From Synechococcus sp. A15-24 (GTDB taxonomy: Bacteria > Cyanobacteriota > Cyanobacteriia > PCC-6307 > Cyanobiaceae): 32,000 bases of DNA. Under the pieces are notes generated by a model. It did not search any database and was not told the origin of the DNA. It saw only the letters and a program-made list of their open reading frames with translations. The stretch spans positions 480,001 through 512,000 of the forward strand of contig NZ_CP047960.1 of the NCBI RefSeq assembly GCF_014280195.1, read 5' to 3'. The stretch's first letter is position 1. Each line of letters opens with the position of its first letter. Position numbers and translations under genes: made by a program. This document shows positions 1 through 10,646 of the stretch, piece after piece.

Positions 1-25
1 CCCTGTCCCTGCTCCTGCATTTCTC

Positions 26-337
26 ATGGCAGCTGTTTCTCTCAGCGTCTCCACCGTCAAGCCCCTGGGCGACCGCGTGTTCATCAAGGTCTCCGAATCC
101 GAGGAGAAAACCGCCGGTGGCATCCTTCTGCCCGACACCGCCAAGGAAAAGCCCCAAGTGGGTGAAGTGGTCCAGGTGGGCCCCGGTAAGCGCAATGACG
201 ACGGCAGCCGTCAGGCTCCTGAAGTCGGCGTTGGCGACAAGGTTCTGTACAGCAAGTACGCCGGCACCGACATCAAGCTGGGCGGTGACGAGTTCGTCCT
301 GCTCACCGAAAAGGACATCCTGGCCATCGTCAACTGA
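26..337 (+). CDS. groES: co-chaperonin GroES
   Basis: 103-aa ORF. It has [12 protein letters not shown] and the mobile-loop-like [17 protein letters not shown]. It lies 56 nt upstream of groEL. Confidence 0.97.
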   Translation: MAAVSLSVSTVKPLGDRVFIKVSESEEKTAGGILLPDTAKEKPQVGEVVQVGPGKRNDDGSRQAPEVGVGDKVLYSKYAGTDIKLGGDEFVLLTEKDILAIVN

Positions 338-381
338 GACGGGACCCAGACCTCAGCGTTTTAAACACCACTTTTACTTAG

Positions 382-2028
<1,647 letters not shown>

Positions 2029-2057
2029 TCCTGGTTGATCAACCTGGAGAGCATCGA

Positions 2058-2080
2058 CCCCCGCTTCGGCGGGGGTTTTT
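2058..2080 (+). terminator. rho-independent terminator of groESL
   Basis: Stem cccccgc/gcggggg (2058-2064 with 2069-2075), ttcg tetraloop, then ttttt (2076-2080), 30 nt after the groEL stop. Confidence 0.85.
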
Positions 2081-2156
2081 CAGTAAGCATTCAAATGAAT
2101 CTAGGGAATAGATAATGGACCAAGTTCGAAAATAAGTTTCAATTTTCAAAGCTGTT

Positions 2157-2885
2157 TTGTGGTATGGTTTCGATGAATTATCAATTCAAAGCAAAATGTC
2201 AACTCGAGTGAAGCAAGATATCGTTAAGAAGCTCTACCGAGGCATTGACCCTTTTTCATTTTTTTCAGGGAATGAGTCTGATATCGATTTTCAAGGATGG
2301 GGCAGTAATCATCCCTATCTTCGAGAGGTAATCCAATCGGTTAAGCCTGAATTAATTGTTGAAATTGGTGTTTGGAAAGGTGGATCCTCAACATATATGG
2401 CAGAGAATCTCAAAAACTTAAACCTTTCCTCCGCAATTATTGCTATTGATACTTGGCTTGGTGCTGAGGATCATTGGACTAGTGACAAATGGTTTGATTC
2501 TTTAAAAATTCGAGAAGGTCTGCCTAACTTGCAAAAAACCTTCATGACGAATGTTCAGGCCAAATCTCTTACTGATTACATTATTCCATTGCCGCTTGAT
2601 AGTATTAATGCCTTTTACGTGCTTAAGCATTTTTCACTAAAACCAGACATCGTCCATATTGATGCAGGCCATCGCTATGAGTCAGTGTTTTCGGATATTT
2701 CCTTGTGGTGGAGATTGTTACCCTCCAAAGGGATAATGATTTGCGATGATTATTGTGTGGAAAGCAACGGTAATGTGAGTGGTTGGCCGGATGTTCATAG
2801 GGCTGTGCATCAACACATTGATAATTCAAATGATGTTGTAGATTTCACTCACAAAGGCGGAAAGTGCCTGATAAAAAAGGGCTAA
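2157..2885 (+). CDS. class I SAM-dependent methyltransferase, CmcI/TylF-like (probable sugar O-methyltransferase)
   Basis: Motif I-like LIVEIGVWKGGSS, and a later IVHIDAGHRYESV...IMICDDY typical of the Methyltransf_24/CmcI group as I recall it. AT-rich codons. The track start at 2157 is TTG; the first ATG is at 2196 (MSTRVKQ...) and is the more likely start. Confidence 0.65.
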   Translation: MWYGFDELSIQSKMSTRVKQDIVKKLYRGIDPFSFFSGNESDIDFQGWGSNHPYLREVIQSVKPELIVEIGVWKGGSSTYMAENLKNLNLSSAIIAIDTWLGAEDHWTSDKWFDSLKIREGLPNLQKTFMTNVQAKSLTDYIIPLPLDSINAFYVLKHFSLKPDIVHIDAGHRYESVFSDISLWWRLLPSKGIMICDDYCVESNGNVSGWPDVHRAVHQHIDNSNDVVDFTHKGGKCLIKKG

Positions 2886-2986
2886 TTTTCCGGTGCTAAT
2901 TGATGAAAAAAATTAAATTGTATGAATGACTTTGAGACCCGTTACTACAATTGACTTAATTTGCTTTATCTTTGATTTACGTCGTA

Positions 2987-3784
2987 TTATGGTTTTACCA
3001 ATAAGGCAAGTTCTTTGTCTTCTATGTCATTTTTATCATAAGCTTTAAAATAATTCATCGTTCTTACATTCTCGGCATTCTTATTTAAGGCACATCCTCT
3101 TGTCATTTTCACCTCTCGAAAAAACTCCTCTGATTGAATTGCGTAATGATTAATATGTAAATTTTCGGTCTGAAGTGTTGCTTCATTGATTGTTAGAAAG
3201 GGCGATTCATCACTGATTGCTTTCTTTGAGTCTAAATATTTGTACCCTGTTTTTAGTTTTGGAACATGGCAACCTAGTGATTCCGTTCCGACTGTCCGAC
3301 AAATGTATTTAACATTTACGCGGGAATTATTATTGTATAGCTTTCTCCATGTAAAATTTTGAATAATGCCACCTTTTGGGTGCTTTACATGGTTTGAAGA
3401 GCCAAATAATTTCCAGGGAATTTTAATACAGCCCCATTCCGGGTGATCGTCAAGTGTTAAAATAAATTCACGGATGCTTCTAAAATCATTCCGCGGATAA
3501 ATGAATTCATCTAAATCGCAAATCATAAAACATTCGCTACTATTTCTGTAAGATTCAAATATTTTATTGTAGATTGACACTTGTGCCCACTTTCTGTGGT
3601 CTTCCAGAAAGTCAACCCGAGACTCCGAGAAATATCTAGTACATTCACTTCTCCAGTTATCATCACTATTATTGTCAACAAGAATTAGCTTGTCGCACCC
3701 TTGAGTTAAATAATGTTCAATCCATTCAGGAAGTGCGCGAGCCTCATTTTTAAAAACTGCGACAAGTGTAAGTAAGTTTTTCAT
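2987..3784 (-). CDS. glycosyltransferase (GT2-like / Glyco_tranf_2_4-type)
   Basis: 265-aa ORF. The N-terminus LVAVFKNEARALPEWIEHYLTQGCDKLILVDNNSDD and an acidic CDLDEF (DxD-like) motif fit a GT-A fold. Low-GC codon usage. Confidence 0.6.
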   Translation of the reverse strand: MKNLLTLVAVFKNEARALPEWIEHYLTQGCDKLILVDNNSDDNWRSECTRYFSESRVDFLEDHRKWAQVSIYNKIFESYRNSSECFMICDLDEFIYPRNDFRSIREFILTLDDHPEWGCIKIPWKLFGSSNHVKHPKGGIIQNFTWRKLYNNNSRVNVKYICRTVGTESLGCHVPKLKTGYKYLDSKKAISDESPFLTINEATLQTENLHINHYAIQSEEFFREVKMTRGCALNKNAENVRTMNYFKAYDKNDIEDKELALLVKP

Positions 3785-3933
3785 ATATGAAGCCCTTGGT
3801 TTCTAAGGAGGTATCAGTTTAAGGTTATTGTAGACTATCTAAGATAAGAATATTGAGCGGCCTTGCCTTCTGGAGTACATATGTCAAGATGTCTAATTCC
3901 TAAGAAGATGTGCCTAGGGAGGGGAGGATCATC

Positions 3934-3939
3934 TATAAT
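3934..3939 (+). promoter_or_regulatory. candidate -10 hexamer for the 3960 ORF
   Basis: Exact TATAAT 21 nt upstream of ATG 3960, in the 175-nt AT-rich divergent spacer. There is no convincing -35, and AT-rich DNA yields such hexamers by chance. Confidence 0.2.
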
Positions 3940-3959
3940 ACTGAATTTAGTGTAATTGA

Positions 3960-5087
3960 ATGTCAATACTTGTTATTCACGTTGGAGCTCAAAAGTGTGG
4001 CTCCACAACAATACAAAATGCTATTGATAATTTAATGCGGACTGATTCTTCTCAAAAATTAAAATTCAGGATCTTCCCTCCTGGCCTCGCTGTTCGGATG
4101 CATCAGCAATTTAAAGCAATCCCTGACCATGAGCTTGATATTCAGTTCGCTGAGATTTGCAAAGATGATGTTTGTTTAGTGCTTAGCAATGAAATACTTG
4201 GAAATTATCCTGATGTAGTGGCAAAACTGGTTGAGCGAGCCTCAAAGCTAATACCTGAGCTGACAGTTGTTATTATTGGGTATACAAGATCTCAATATTC
4301 TTACTATCTGTCTGAGTACAAGCAATGGTATTTTCGCGCCAAGGGCAGGCTCAGAGCGGATATTAATTTTTTTCAGAAGAATGATCTCTCGTACGAGATA
4401 TTCCTGCCTCACGAGAGGAGAATGTTTGTTAATTCTGTCATGAGCTTTGAGGAGCAACGGCAAGGCGATTGGTATGAATATTATCAATCCCTAGAGAAGG
4501 CAATTTTGGCATTTAGTGGTAACGTAATCATTAAAAGCTCTCATATTCCTACGGTAGATTTCAATTATTCCTTGATTAGCGATTTCATTAGAAAAGTTGG
4601 CGTTGGCGATATAGAAGAGGTGAGCTTATCGGGATTGCCCTCTCGTTCGAATCCATCGTTCAATCCTTTGTTGTGTGAGTCTGTCGCTCTTCACATATGT
4701 AATGACTCCCTTGATTCTTCTTTTTTGCCAGGCCCGCATGAAAGCAATGATCTCATTCAGAAGGCTTCTGATTTATTTCGGCTTGAACAGAAATTATTAG
4801 GCAAGCTTCCTGGGTCTGCAGATCTTTTAGAGGTCGCCAAAGCTACTATTGCTCAGAATTTTGCGGAATCTAATGAAAAGTATTGCCGTAAGTATGGTGC
4901 AAATTCTCTTTATTTCTTGCAAGAACAGGGCCAATGTGATTTAAGCTCCATTGGGTCCAGAAAAAAGTTATTTGATTTTGCCAGGAAGATTCATAATTGT
5001 AGAAATTTAGATGATGTTCGTAAATACGAAAATAAATTAATTTGCGAACTCGATCAAGTGGCGTATATTTTTGAAACAGCAAGTTAA
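3960..5087 (+). CDS. sulfotransferase-like protein (tentative)
   Basis: 375-aa ORF. The N-terminal IHVGAQKCGSTTIQ resembles the 5'-phosphosulfate-binding loop (PKxGTT) of sulfotransferases. GYTRSQYSYYLS resembles the RxxxxxxS 3'-phosphate motif. The ORF itself is solid; the function is inferred. Confidence 0.45.
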   Translation: MSILVIHVGAQKCGSTTIQNAIDNLMRTDSSQKLKFRIFPPGLAVRMHQQFKAIPDHELDIQFAEICKDDVCLVLSNEILGNYPDVVAKLVERASKLIPELTVVIIGYTRSQYSYYLSEYKQWYFRAKGRLRADINFFQKNDLSYEIFLPHERRMFVNSVMSFEEQRQGDWYEYYQSLEKAILAFSGNVIIKSSHIPTVDFNYSLISDFIRKVGVGDIEEVSLSGLPSRSNPSFNPLLCESVALHICNDSLDSSFLPGPHESNDLIQKASDLFRLEQKLLGKLPGSADLLEVAKATIAQNFAESNEKYCRKYGANSLYFLQEQGQCDLSSIGSRKKLFDFARKIHNCRNLDDVRKYENKLICELDQVAYIFETAS

Positions 5088-5307
5088 AAAGATTTGCAGT
5101 AGAACAGAAGCCATTGTGTATCATGCTGTAGATTGAAAACTTTACCCGTTTAGAGACTTTAAATTGCTTTGCTAATTTATTCGACAGGTTTTTTGGGTGA
5201 AGTTTTCGTTTCAATTTTATGTTAATTTGCTGTGAGCTTGTGCGCTGCAGTTCGATTAGGGCGGATCACTTGAAGTGAGAATATGTTTAATTGGGAAGGC
5301 TTAATTG

Positions 5308-5538
5308 TCAGCCCAGCCATCCCGCGCTGAGTATCACCGCCAAGCTGAGAAAGATGGCCAGGCAGGTCCAGGTGACCCGGTTCAGGGTCGCTTCGGCGCT
5401 GCTGGCACTGCTGAACATTGAGCTGCCACTGGCAGCCAGGCCACCCATGCCATCCCCCTTGGGGCTATGAAGCAGCACCAGAACGATCAGTAGTAGACCG
5501 CTGCCGATCCAGGTCCAGGACAGGATGGACGTGAGCAT
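5308..5538 (-). CDS. secG: preprotein translocase subunit SecG
   Basis: 76-aa two-TM protein with LLHSPKGDGMGG between the hydrophobic helices. Its ATG overlaps the gpmI stop (TGATG). Confidence 0.85.
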   Translation of the reverse strand: MLTSILSWTWIGSGLLLIVLVLLHSPKGDGMGGLAASGSSMFSSASSAEATLNRVTWTCLAIFLSLAVILSAGWLG

Positions 5539-7214
5539 CAGACGGGAAGAGGTAAACGGGCGGACAAAGGCGACGGATCGACATTCGATACCGGCTCGAT
5601 CAGGCTACGACCCGTCATCGCCGCCGGTTGCTCCAGGTTGAGGATCTGCAGCAGGGTCGGTGCAATGTCGGCCAAACCACCGTCCTCACGCAGGCTGATG
5701 TCGTTGCCATGACCCGGCAGCTTGCGTTGTTCACCCTCCACGAGGATGCAGGGCACAGGGTTGGTGGTGTGGGCCGTCCAGGCCTGACCATCGGGGCCTT
5801 GCATCAGTTCGGCGTTGCCGTGGTCCGCGGTGATCAGCATGGTGCCGCCTCGGCGACCGACGGCATCCAGCAACCGTCCGATGCAGCGATCGACGGTGGC
5901 AATGGCTTCGGTGGCCGCGTCCATCACGCCGGTGTGCCCCACCATGTCGGGGTTGGCGTAGTTGATCACGATCAGGCTGTACCTGCCCTGGTCAATCGCA
6001 GCGATGCAGCTGTCCGTGAGCTGGTCCGCCGACATGGCCGGTGAGAGGTCGTAGGTGGCCACCCGCGGTGAGGGCACCAGGTGCCGCTCCTCCCCAGGCA
6101 ACGGTTGCTCGATACCACCGTTCATGAAGTAGGTGACGTGGGGGTACTTCTCGGTTTCCGCCGTGCGGTACTGTCGCAATCCGGCTTCGGCCACCACCTG
6201 ACCCAGCAGGTCATCCAGCGGTTCCGGGGGGAACGCCACCGACACCGGCAGGTCCTGTTCGACCTGGGTGAAGGTGACCACATCCAACTTGGGCGTGTGG
6301 CGGCGCTCAAAGCCGTCGAAATCGTCCAGGCAGAGGGTCTGCACGATCTGGCGAGCCCGATCCGGACGGAAGTTGAAGACCAGCACGCTGTCGCCGTCCT
6401 GCATCACGTCGTTGCTGAGGCGCACGGGCTCCAGGAATTCATCGGTGATGCCAGCGGCGTAGCTCTCGGCCAACAGTTGCTGCGGGCTCTGGTCACTGAC
6501 GGGACGTGTGGGGTCGGTGTAGAGGTCGTAGGCCTTTCCCGTGCGATCCCAGCGTTTGTCGCGATCCATCGCCCAGTAACGGCCGCAGAGGCTGGCAAGA
6601 TGACCGACGCCAGCCTCCTCAATCGCCCTTAGCACCAGCGCGATGGAACCCATCGCGCTCTGGGTGGGGGTGTCCCGGCCATCGGTGATGGCATGAACAG
6701 CCACTTTTTTGATGCCGGCCACCGCTGCCCAGTGGATCAGTCCGCAGAGGTGGTTGACGTGGCTGTGGACACCGCCATCGGAGCAGAGTCCCAGAAGGTG
6801 GAGGGTGCCAGTGCCGTTCCGTAAACGCTCCGCAAGTTCCACCAGCGCGGGGGTGTTCTTCAACTGGTCGTCACGCACCGTGTCGCTGATCCGCACCAAT
6901 TCCTGGCGGATGATCCGACCGGCACCGATGGTGAGGTGGCCCACCTCGGAGTTGCCCATCTGCTGATCCGGCAGCCCCACATGGGAACCACTGGCCTGAA
7001 TCAGGGTACGGGGATAGGCATGCCACAACGCTTCCATTACCGGCGTGTCGCCCTGGCGGATGGCGTTGTGTTCGCTGTCGTTGCGGTGTCCCCAGCCATC
7101 CAGAATGGTGAGAACGACTGGGGCTACACCCGCCTCACGTCCTGAACCCTTGGCACTGCTCTGGTCCACGTACCCCCCGCGCTCGTCGGTTCTTAAGGAC
7201 TTTTGCAGATTCAA
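5538..7214 (-). CDS. gpmI: 2,3-bisphosphoglycerate-independent phosphoglycerate mutase
   Basis: Motifs [45 protein letters not shown]. The start is uncertain: an in-frame GTG at codon 16 would give a more typical N-terminus. Confidence 0.95.
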   Translation of the reverse strand: MNLQKSLRTDERGGYVDQSSAKGSGREAGVAPVVLTILDGWGHRNDSEHNAIRQGDTPVMEALWHAYPRTLIQASGSHVGLPDQQMGNSEVGHLTIGAGRIIRQELVRISDTVRDDQLKNTPALVELAERLRNGTGTLHLLGLCSDGGVHSHVNHLCGLIHWAAVAGIKKVAVHAITDGRDTPTQSAMGSIALVLRAIEEAGVGHLASLCGRYWAMDRDKRWDRTGKAYDLYTDPTRPVSDQSPQQLLAESYAAGITDEFLEPVRLSNDVMQDGDSVLVFNFRPDRARQIVQTLCLDDFDGFERRHTPKLDVVTFTQVEQDLPVSVAFPPEPLDDLLGQVVAEAGLRQYRTAETEKYPHVTYFMNGGIEQPLPGEERHLVPSPRVATYDLSPAMSADQLTDSCIAAIDQGRYSLIVINYANPDMVGHTGVMDAATEAIATVDRCIGRLLDAVGRRGGTMLITADHGNAELMQGPDGQAWTAHTTNPVPCILVEGEQRKLPGHGNDISLREDGGLADIAPTLLQILNLEQPAAMTGRSLIEPVSNVDPSPLSARLPLPV

Positions 7215-7275
7215 CCTAACGCTCTATAGGGCGCCAGGCTCGTCTTTCCAGAGATCACCACACCGTCACCGCTTC

Positions 7276-7836
7276 ATGACAGAACCGCCGGACACCGATC
7301 GGGTTGAGATTCTCTCGGAACGGGAGCTGGGCCGGACCCTGGCGCGCCTGGCCACCCAGGTGTTGGAAACCGTGGATGACAGCCGCACTCTGATGCTTCT
7401 GGGCATCCCCACCCGCGGGGTTCAGTTGTCCAAGGTGTTGGCCCGAGAGCTGGAGCGGCTCAGCGGTCATGCCATAGCCCAGGGCGCCATCGATCCCACC
7501 TTTCACCGGGATGATCTGGAGCGGATCGGCACACGTTTACCCCAGGTCACCACCCTGCCCAACAGCGTTGAGGGCCGCCAGGTGGTGCTGGTGGACGATG
7601 TGATCTTCACCGGACGAACGGTGCGGGCCGCCCTTGAAGCGCTGCAGAGCTGGGGACGCGCCCAGCGGGTGATGCTGCTGGCCATGGTGGATCGCGGCCA
7701 TAGGGAGCTGCCGATTCAGCCGGATTTCTGTGGCCGTGTGGTGCCAACCCGCCGCAGCGAAACGATCGAACTGCGCTTGCGGGATGTCGATGGGGAGGAA
7801 GGGGTCTTCCTGAGGCGGATCAACCGGCCGTCGTGA
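7276..7836 (+). CDS. pyrR: bifunctional pyrimidine operon regulator / uracil phosphoribosyltransferase PyrR
   Basis: 186 aa counted from the ATG at 7276 within the longer track ORF (7045). PRPP-binding motif VVLVDDVIFTGRTVRAAL. The upstream part of the track ORF overlaps gpmI on the other strand. Confidence 0.9.
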   Translation: MTEPPDTDRVEILSERELGRTLARLATQVLETVDDSRTLMLLGIPTRGVQLSKVLARELERLSGHAIAQGAIDPTFHRDDLERIGTRLPQVTTLPNSVEGRQVVLVDDVIFTGRTVRAALEALQSWGRAQRVMLLAMVDRGHRELPIQPDFCGRVVPTRRSETIELRLRDVDGEEGVFLRRINRPS

Positions 7837-8041
7837 GTTCGTCGGCGCGGAAATGTGCCTTGTAGCGACCGAAGGCCACGATCACCGGCAGGGTGGGACT
7901 GATCACACGACCCTTCCAGTCGTTGAGAACGGACACCACCTCTCCGCTCTGGCCCTTCATGTCGAAGGCTTCGCCCCGATGCTGAGGATGGTTGAAGACC
8001 ACAACGGAGGCCTCCACCGTCACTTTGTCTCCCGCCTGCAT
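7820..8041 (-). CDS. ftrV: ferredoxin-thioredoxin reductase variable subunit
   Basis: 73 aa. GDKVTVEASVVVFNHPQHRGEAFDMKGQSGEV...LPVIVAFGRYKAHFRADE aligns closely with my recollection of cyanobacterial FtrV. Confidence 0.85.
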   Translation of the reverse strand: MQAGDKVTVEASVVVFNHPQHRGEAFDMKGQSGEVVSVLNDWKGRVISPTLPVIVAFGRYKAHFRADELTTAG

Positions 8042-8071
8042 GAACCCTGACTCCGTCGTGAAGGCATTTTG

Positions 8072-8917
8072 TCACGCCCCTGTCGGGTCCCGCCGGCGGC
8101 AGAAACTCTCCGGGCCGTCTTCTTCCACCTGCCCACCCAAGGCGCGGCAGCCCGCTTCAAAGGCCTGCCATGGCTCCAGCCCCAGGTCGAGCTGCTGTTG
8201 AACGGCCCGGTCCAGTTCCGCGCCGCTGATCACATCCGAGCGGGCGTCCCCGTGCTGGTGGTGTTCCTGGCTGTCCCCGATCCGGGCGATCGCCTGTTCA
8301 ACCGTGCGGCGCTGGGGCTGCGTCTGGGTCTGCCACCAGGGGTGGTCGAGGCGGTTGTGGCTGTCGAGGGCTTCCCACCAGCGTTCCTGCTGGACGAGTT
8401 GGTGCAGCCGCTCGGCCTCGAGACGGTTGCGGTTCCAGGTTTCCCGGAGGCTGTCACTGAAGCGGTTGCTGCTGGAGCTGGGTTTGCGGTCCAGCGGTTC
8501 CAGCAGCGTGATGGCTGCCTCCAGTGCGCCGGCTCGAAAGTGCTGCATCGCCAGCTTCCGCAGCTCCCGTCGCCAAGCCTGCAGCTGCTCCAGATCCTTG
8601 GCGTCAGCCTGGCGGGATTGCACCAGCTGTCGCTGCAGAACCAGCGCAGAAGCCTGATCACCGTTGTTCCAATGCTGTACAGCCCGCTGCCGCCGGCAGT
8701 GGGCCTGCTCCTGCGGTGCGCCCTCCCCCAGCCAGCGCAGGGCGGCCAGTTGCTCGGTGACCTCGAGGCAAAGGCTCCAGTCCTCGCTGGTGATCGCCTG
8801 CCGCAATTGGCGCGGCAGCTGCCGTTCCCACCAGAGAGCACCGGCAGTGAGCCCCAGCACCAGCGTGAGGGTCCCCACGACCCACAGCTGCAGCAGCATC
8901 GGGCGGCCTGGCGCCAC
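8072..8917 (-). CDS. hypothetical membrane-anchored protein (Gln/Arg/Trp-rich)
   Basis: 281-aa ORF with one N-terminal TM helix (LLQLWVVGTLTLVLGLTAGALWW) followed by a charged helical region. I chose it over the mirror + strand ORF because of its more protein-like composition and because it shares orientation with its neighbours. Confidence 0.55.
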   Translation of the reverse strand: MAPGRPMLLQLWVVGTLTLVLGLTAGALWWERQLPRQLRQAITSEDWSLCLEVTEQLAALRWLGEGAPQEQAHCRRQRAVQHWNNGDQASALVLQRQLVQSRQADAKDLEQLQAWRRELRKLAMQHFRAGALEAAITLLEPLDRKPSSSSNRFSDSLRETWNRNRLEAERLHQLVQQERWWEALDSHNRLDHPWWQTQTQPQRRTVEQAIARIGDSQEHHQHGDARSDVISGAELDRAVQQQLDLGLEPWQAFEAGCRALGGQVEEDGPESFCRRRDPTGA

Positions 8918-8988
8918 TGAACAAACCTGTTGCTGATGTCGTTGTATGGAGTTCGTTGGCGGGGGGAAGGCTTTGGTGGACGGCCTGG

Positions 8989-10584
8989 TCAGCGGACTTG
9001 GCCAAGTTGTCGATCCGGCAAGCGGCGACCGGTGCGACAGTCGGCGACTTCGGCCTGGAGCCTGGCGTCAGCGTCCACCCGCAGGCTCAGGCGCAGGCAG
9101 TCCTCACCCGCTCGGCCCGGTGGATTCAAGGGCAGGGGCGCGGCGGGATCGGGCCAGGGTTGATGGCGGAGGTCACCCTCCTCTTCCCGTTGAAGGGTGG
9201 GCACACCATTCATCTCAATCACGCTGAAGCGACGCTCTGCTGCTGGTTCTCCCAACAGCAGCTCCAGCTCGGTCTGGCCATCGCAGCTGGCGGCCAGCAC
9301 CAGCTCAAATGGTTGCGGACTTGGCCATGGCTGTCCGGCCACGAACAGGGGATGCCAGCGATGCTGCTGACTGCGCTGGTCCCAGATGCGCAGCGACACG
9401 CCGTGTTGCAGCACATCCCGGATCGCCACGCCCGGCGTGAGGCTGAGGGCTCCAAGTGCCACCGCCTCCACCGGGGGTGGGGTCAACAGCGGCGCCGGGG
9501 CCGTGTGCTCCTCCAACCAGCGGCGCAGCCAAGGCAGCTGCGCGCCGCCGCCCACCGCCACTACGGCATCCAGTTCGCTGAGGTCGCAGCCGTGCCGTCG
9601 CCCCCCCGCGAGGGTGGCCTCCAGCAGCTGCCGCAGGGCGTCTGCTAGCCCCCGTTCTTCCAGCAGGCCCTCCAGCTGACGACGCGACATCCGCAACGGT
9701 TGGTTGCCCCCGCCTGTCGGTGTCTCCTCGAGAACGCTCTGCTCCGCCAGCTCCGGATCACTGAGTCGGCATTTGAGCCGTTCCGCTGCGTTCAGCAACG
9801 CTGGGGTTAGCGGCGCCTCCGGGCAGCATTCGGCCGCGATCCAGAGATCTACGTCGCGCCCCCCCAGCCGCAGGCCCGCCTTGCCCAGCACGTCGGCATT
9901 GCGCAAGCGTTGGCGGCTGCTTTCCCCCAGTTGACGGCCCCCCAGCCGCAGCAGCTGGGCGATCGGAGCCGCTTTGCCTTCACCCCCCTGCAGCGCCACC
10001 AGCGCCAGGTCGAGGGTGCTGCCGCCGAGATCCACCACGAGCAGTCGCGCGCCAGGGGGGAGGCCGGCTCCGATCGCCGCTGCGGTGGGTTCGTCCACCA
10101 GGGCGATCTCCTCCACCGGCAGCGCAGCACAGGCCTCCAACAGCCAGCTGCGGTAGCTGCGGTAGGTCTCCACCGGCGCCGTCAGCACCAGCCGTTCCAC
10201 CTGTAGCTGCTGGGGCAGGAGACTCCAGATTCCTGTGAGCAGCAGGGCGCCGGCCCTGGCGGCCTGATCGCCCTTGACCTGGCTGCCTTTGTCTTGACTG
10301 TCAATCTCTTGGCTGCCGATGTGGCGCTTGAAGTCCCTGGCCAGGCGGGGGTCGTCCTGGTCGGCAAGCCCCGCTTCAAGCACCTGTTGCCCAAGCAGAG
10401 GAGATTCGTCGCTGAGCCAGAGCAGGCTGGGCACTTCCCCGACGCGCTGGCTGATCGGGGGCAGATCCAGCAGGCGGGGGTTGCGTTCACCGGCTGCCGC
10501 GAAGGCCACCACGGTGGTGGTGCTGCCCAGGTCGATGGCCAGGGTGCCTGCGATGGCTGAATTCTGAAGCTTTTCTTCTCCCAC
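8989..10584 (-). CDS. Hsp70-family (DnaK-like) ATPase, short form
   Basis: Actin-fold motifs AIDLGSTTTVVA (phosphate 1), LLVVDLGGSTLDLALV (phosphate 2) and VVAVGGGAQLP (adenosine). The C-terminal ~150 aa looks like a degenerate beta-sandwich substrate domain. No helical lid is present. Confidence 0.8.
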   Translation of the reverse strand: MGEEKLQNSAIAGTLAIDLGSTTTVVAFAAAGERNPRLLDLPPISQRVGEVPSLLWLSDESPLLGQQVLEAGLADQDDPRLARDFKRHIGSQEIDSQDKGSQVKGDQAARAGALLLTGIWSLLPQQLQVERLVLTAPVETYRSYRSWLLEACAALPVEEIALVDEPTAAAIGAGLPPGARLLVVDLGGSTLDLALVALQGGEGKAAPIAQLLRLGGRQLGESSRQRLRNADVLGKAGLRLGGRDVDLWIAAECCPEAPLTPALLNAAERLKCRLSDPELAEQSVLEETPTGGGNQPLRMSRRQLEGLLEERGLADALRQLLEATLAGGRRHGCDLSELDAVVAVGGGAQLPWLRRWLEEHTAPAPLLTPPPVEAVALGALSLTPGVAIRDVLQHGVSLRIWDQRSQQHRWHPLFVAGQPWPSPQPFELVLAASCDGQTELELLLGEPAAERRFSVIEMNGVPTLQREEEGDLRHQPWPDPAAPLPLNPPGRAGEDCLRLSLRVDADARLQAEVADCRTGRRLPDRQLGQVR

Positions 10585-10646
10585 GCCGGTCCGGACCGTG
10601 ATGAGGGCACGGTGAATGAAGATTGAGATTAGTGGGACCCGCCTGG

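Noticed and set aside
1-25. CIRCE (HrcA operator) upstream of groES
   Set aside because: Only 25 nt of upstream sequence is in the window and it does not contain TTAGCACTC-N9-GAGTGCTAA. This cannot be assessed.
4870-5214. 114-aa minus ORF at the right end of the low-GC island
   Set aside because: It overlaps the 3' end of the 375-aa + strand ORF. Its Lys/Asn/Phe-rich composition is what AT-rich DNA gives in any open frame.
5230-5290. Possible tRNA 3' fragment (gttcgatt) at the island's right edge, as an att-site remnant
   Set aside because: No complementary T-stem or acceptor stem can be drawn around it by hand.
7820-7836. 17-nt convergent overlap of the pyrR and ftrV 3' ends
   Set aside because: This is ordinary compaction in a streamlined genome, with no additional structure seen.
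8286-8293. HIP1-type GCGATCGC palindromes (also at 15378-15385)
   Set aside because: I noticed only a couple of copies, both inside genes. There is no sign of the HIP1 over-representation seen in some freshwater cyanobacteria.
8069-8920. 283-aa + strand ORF mirroring the 8072-8917 minus-strand ORF
   Set aside because: Only one of the two can be real. The minus-strand product has a clean N-terminal TM helix, and the + strand product is Pro/Ala/Leu-rich with no features. This choice is not certain without comparative data.
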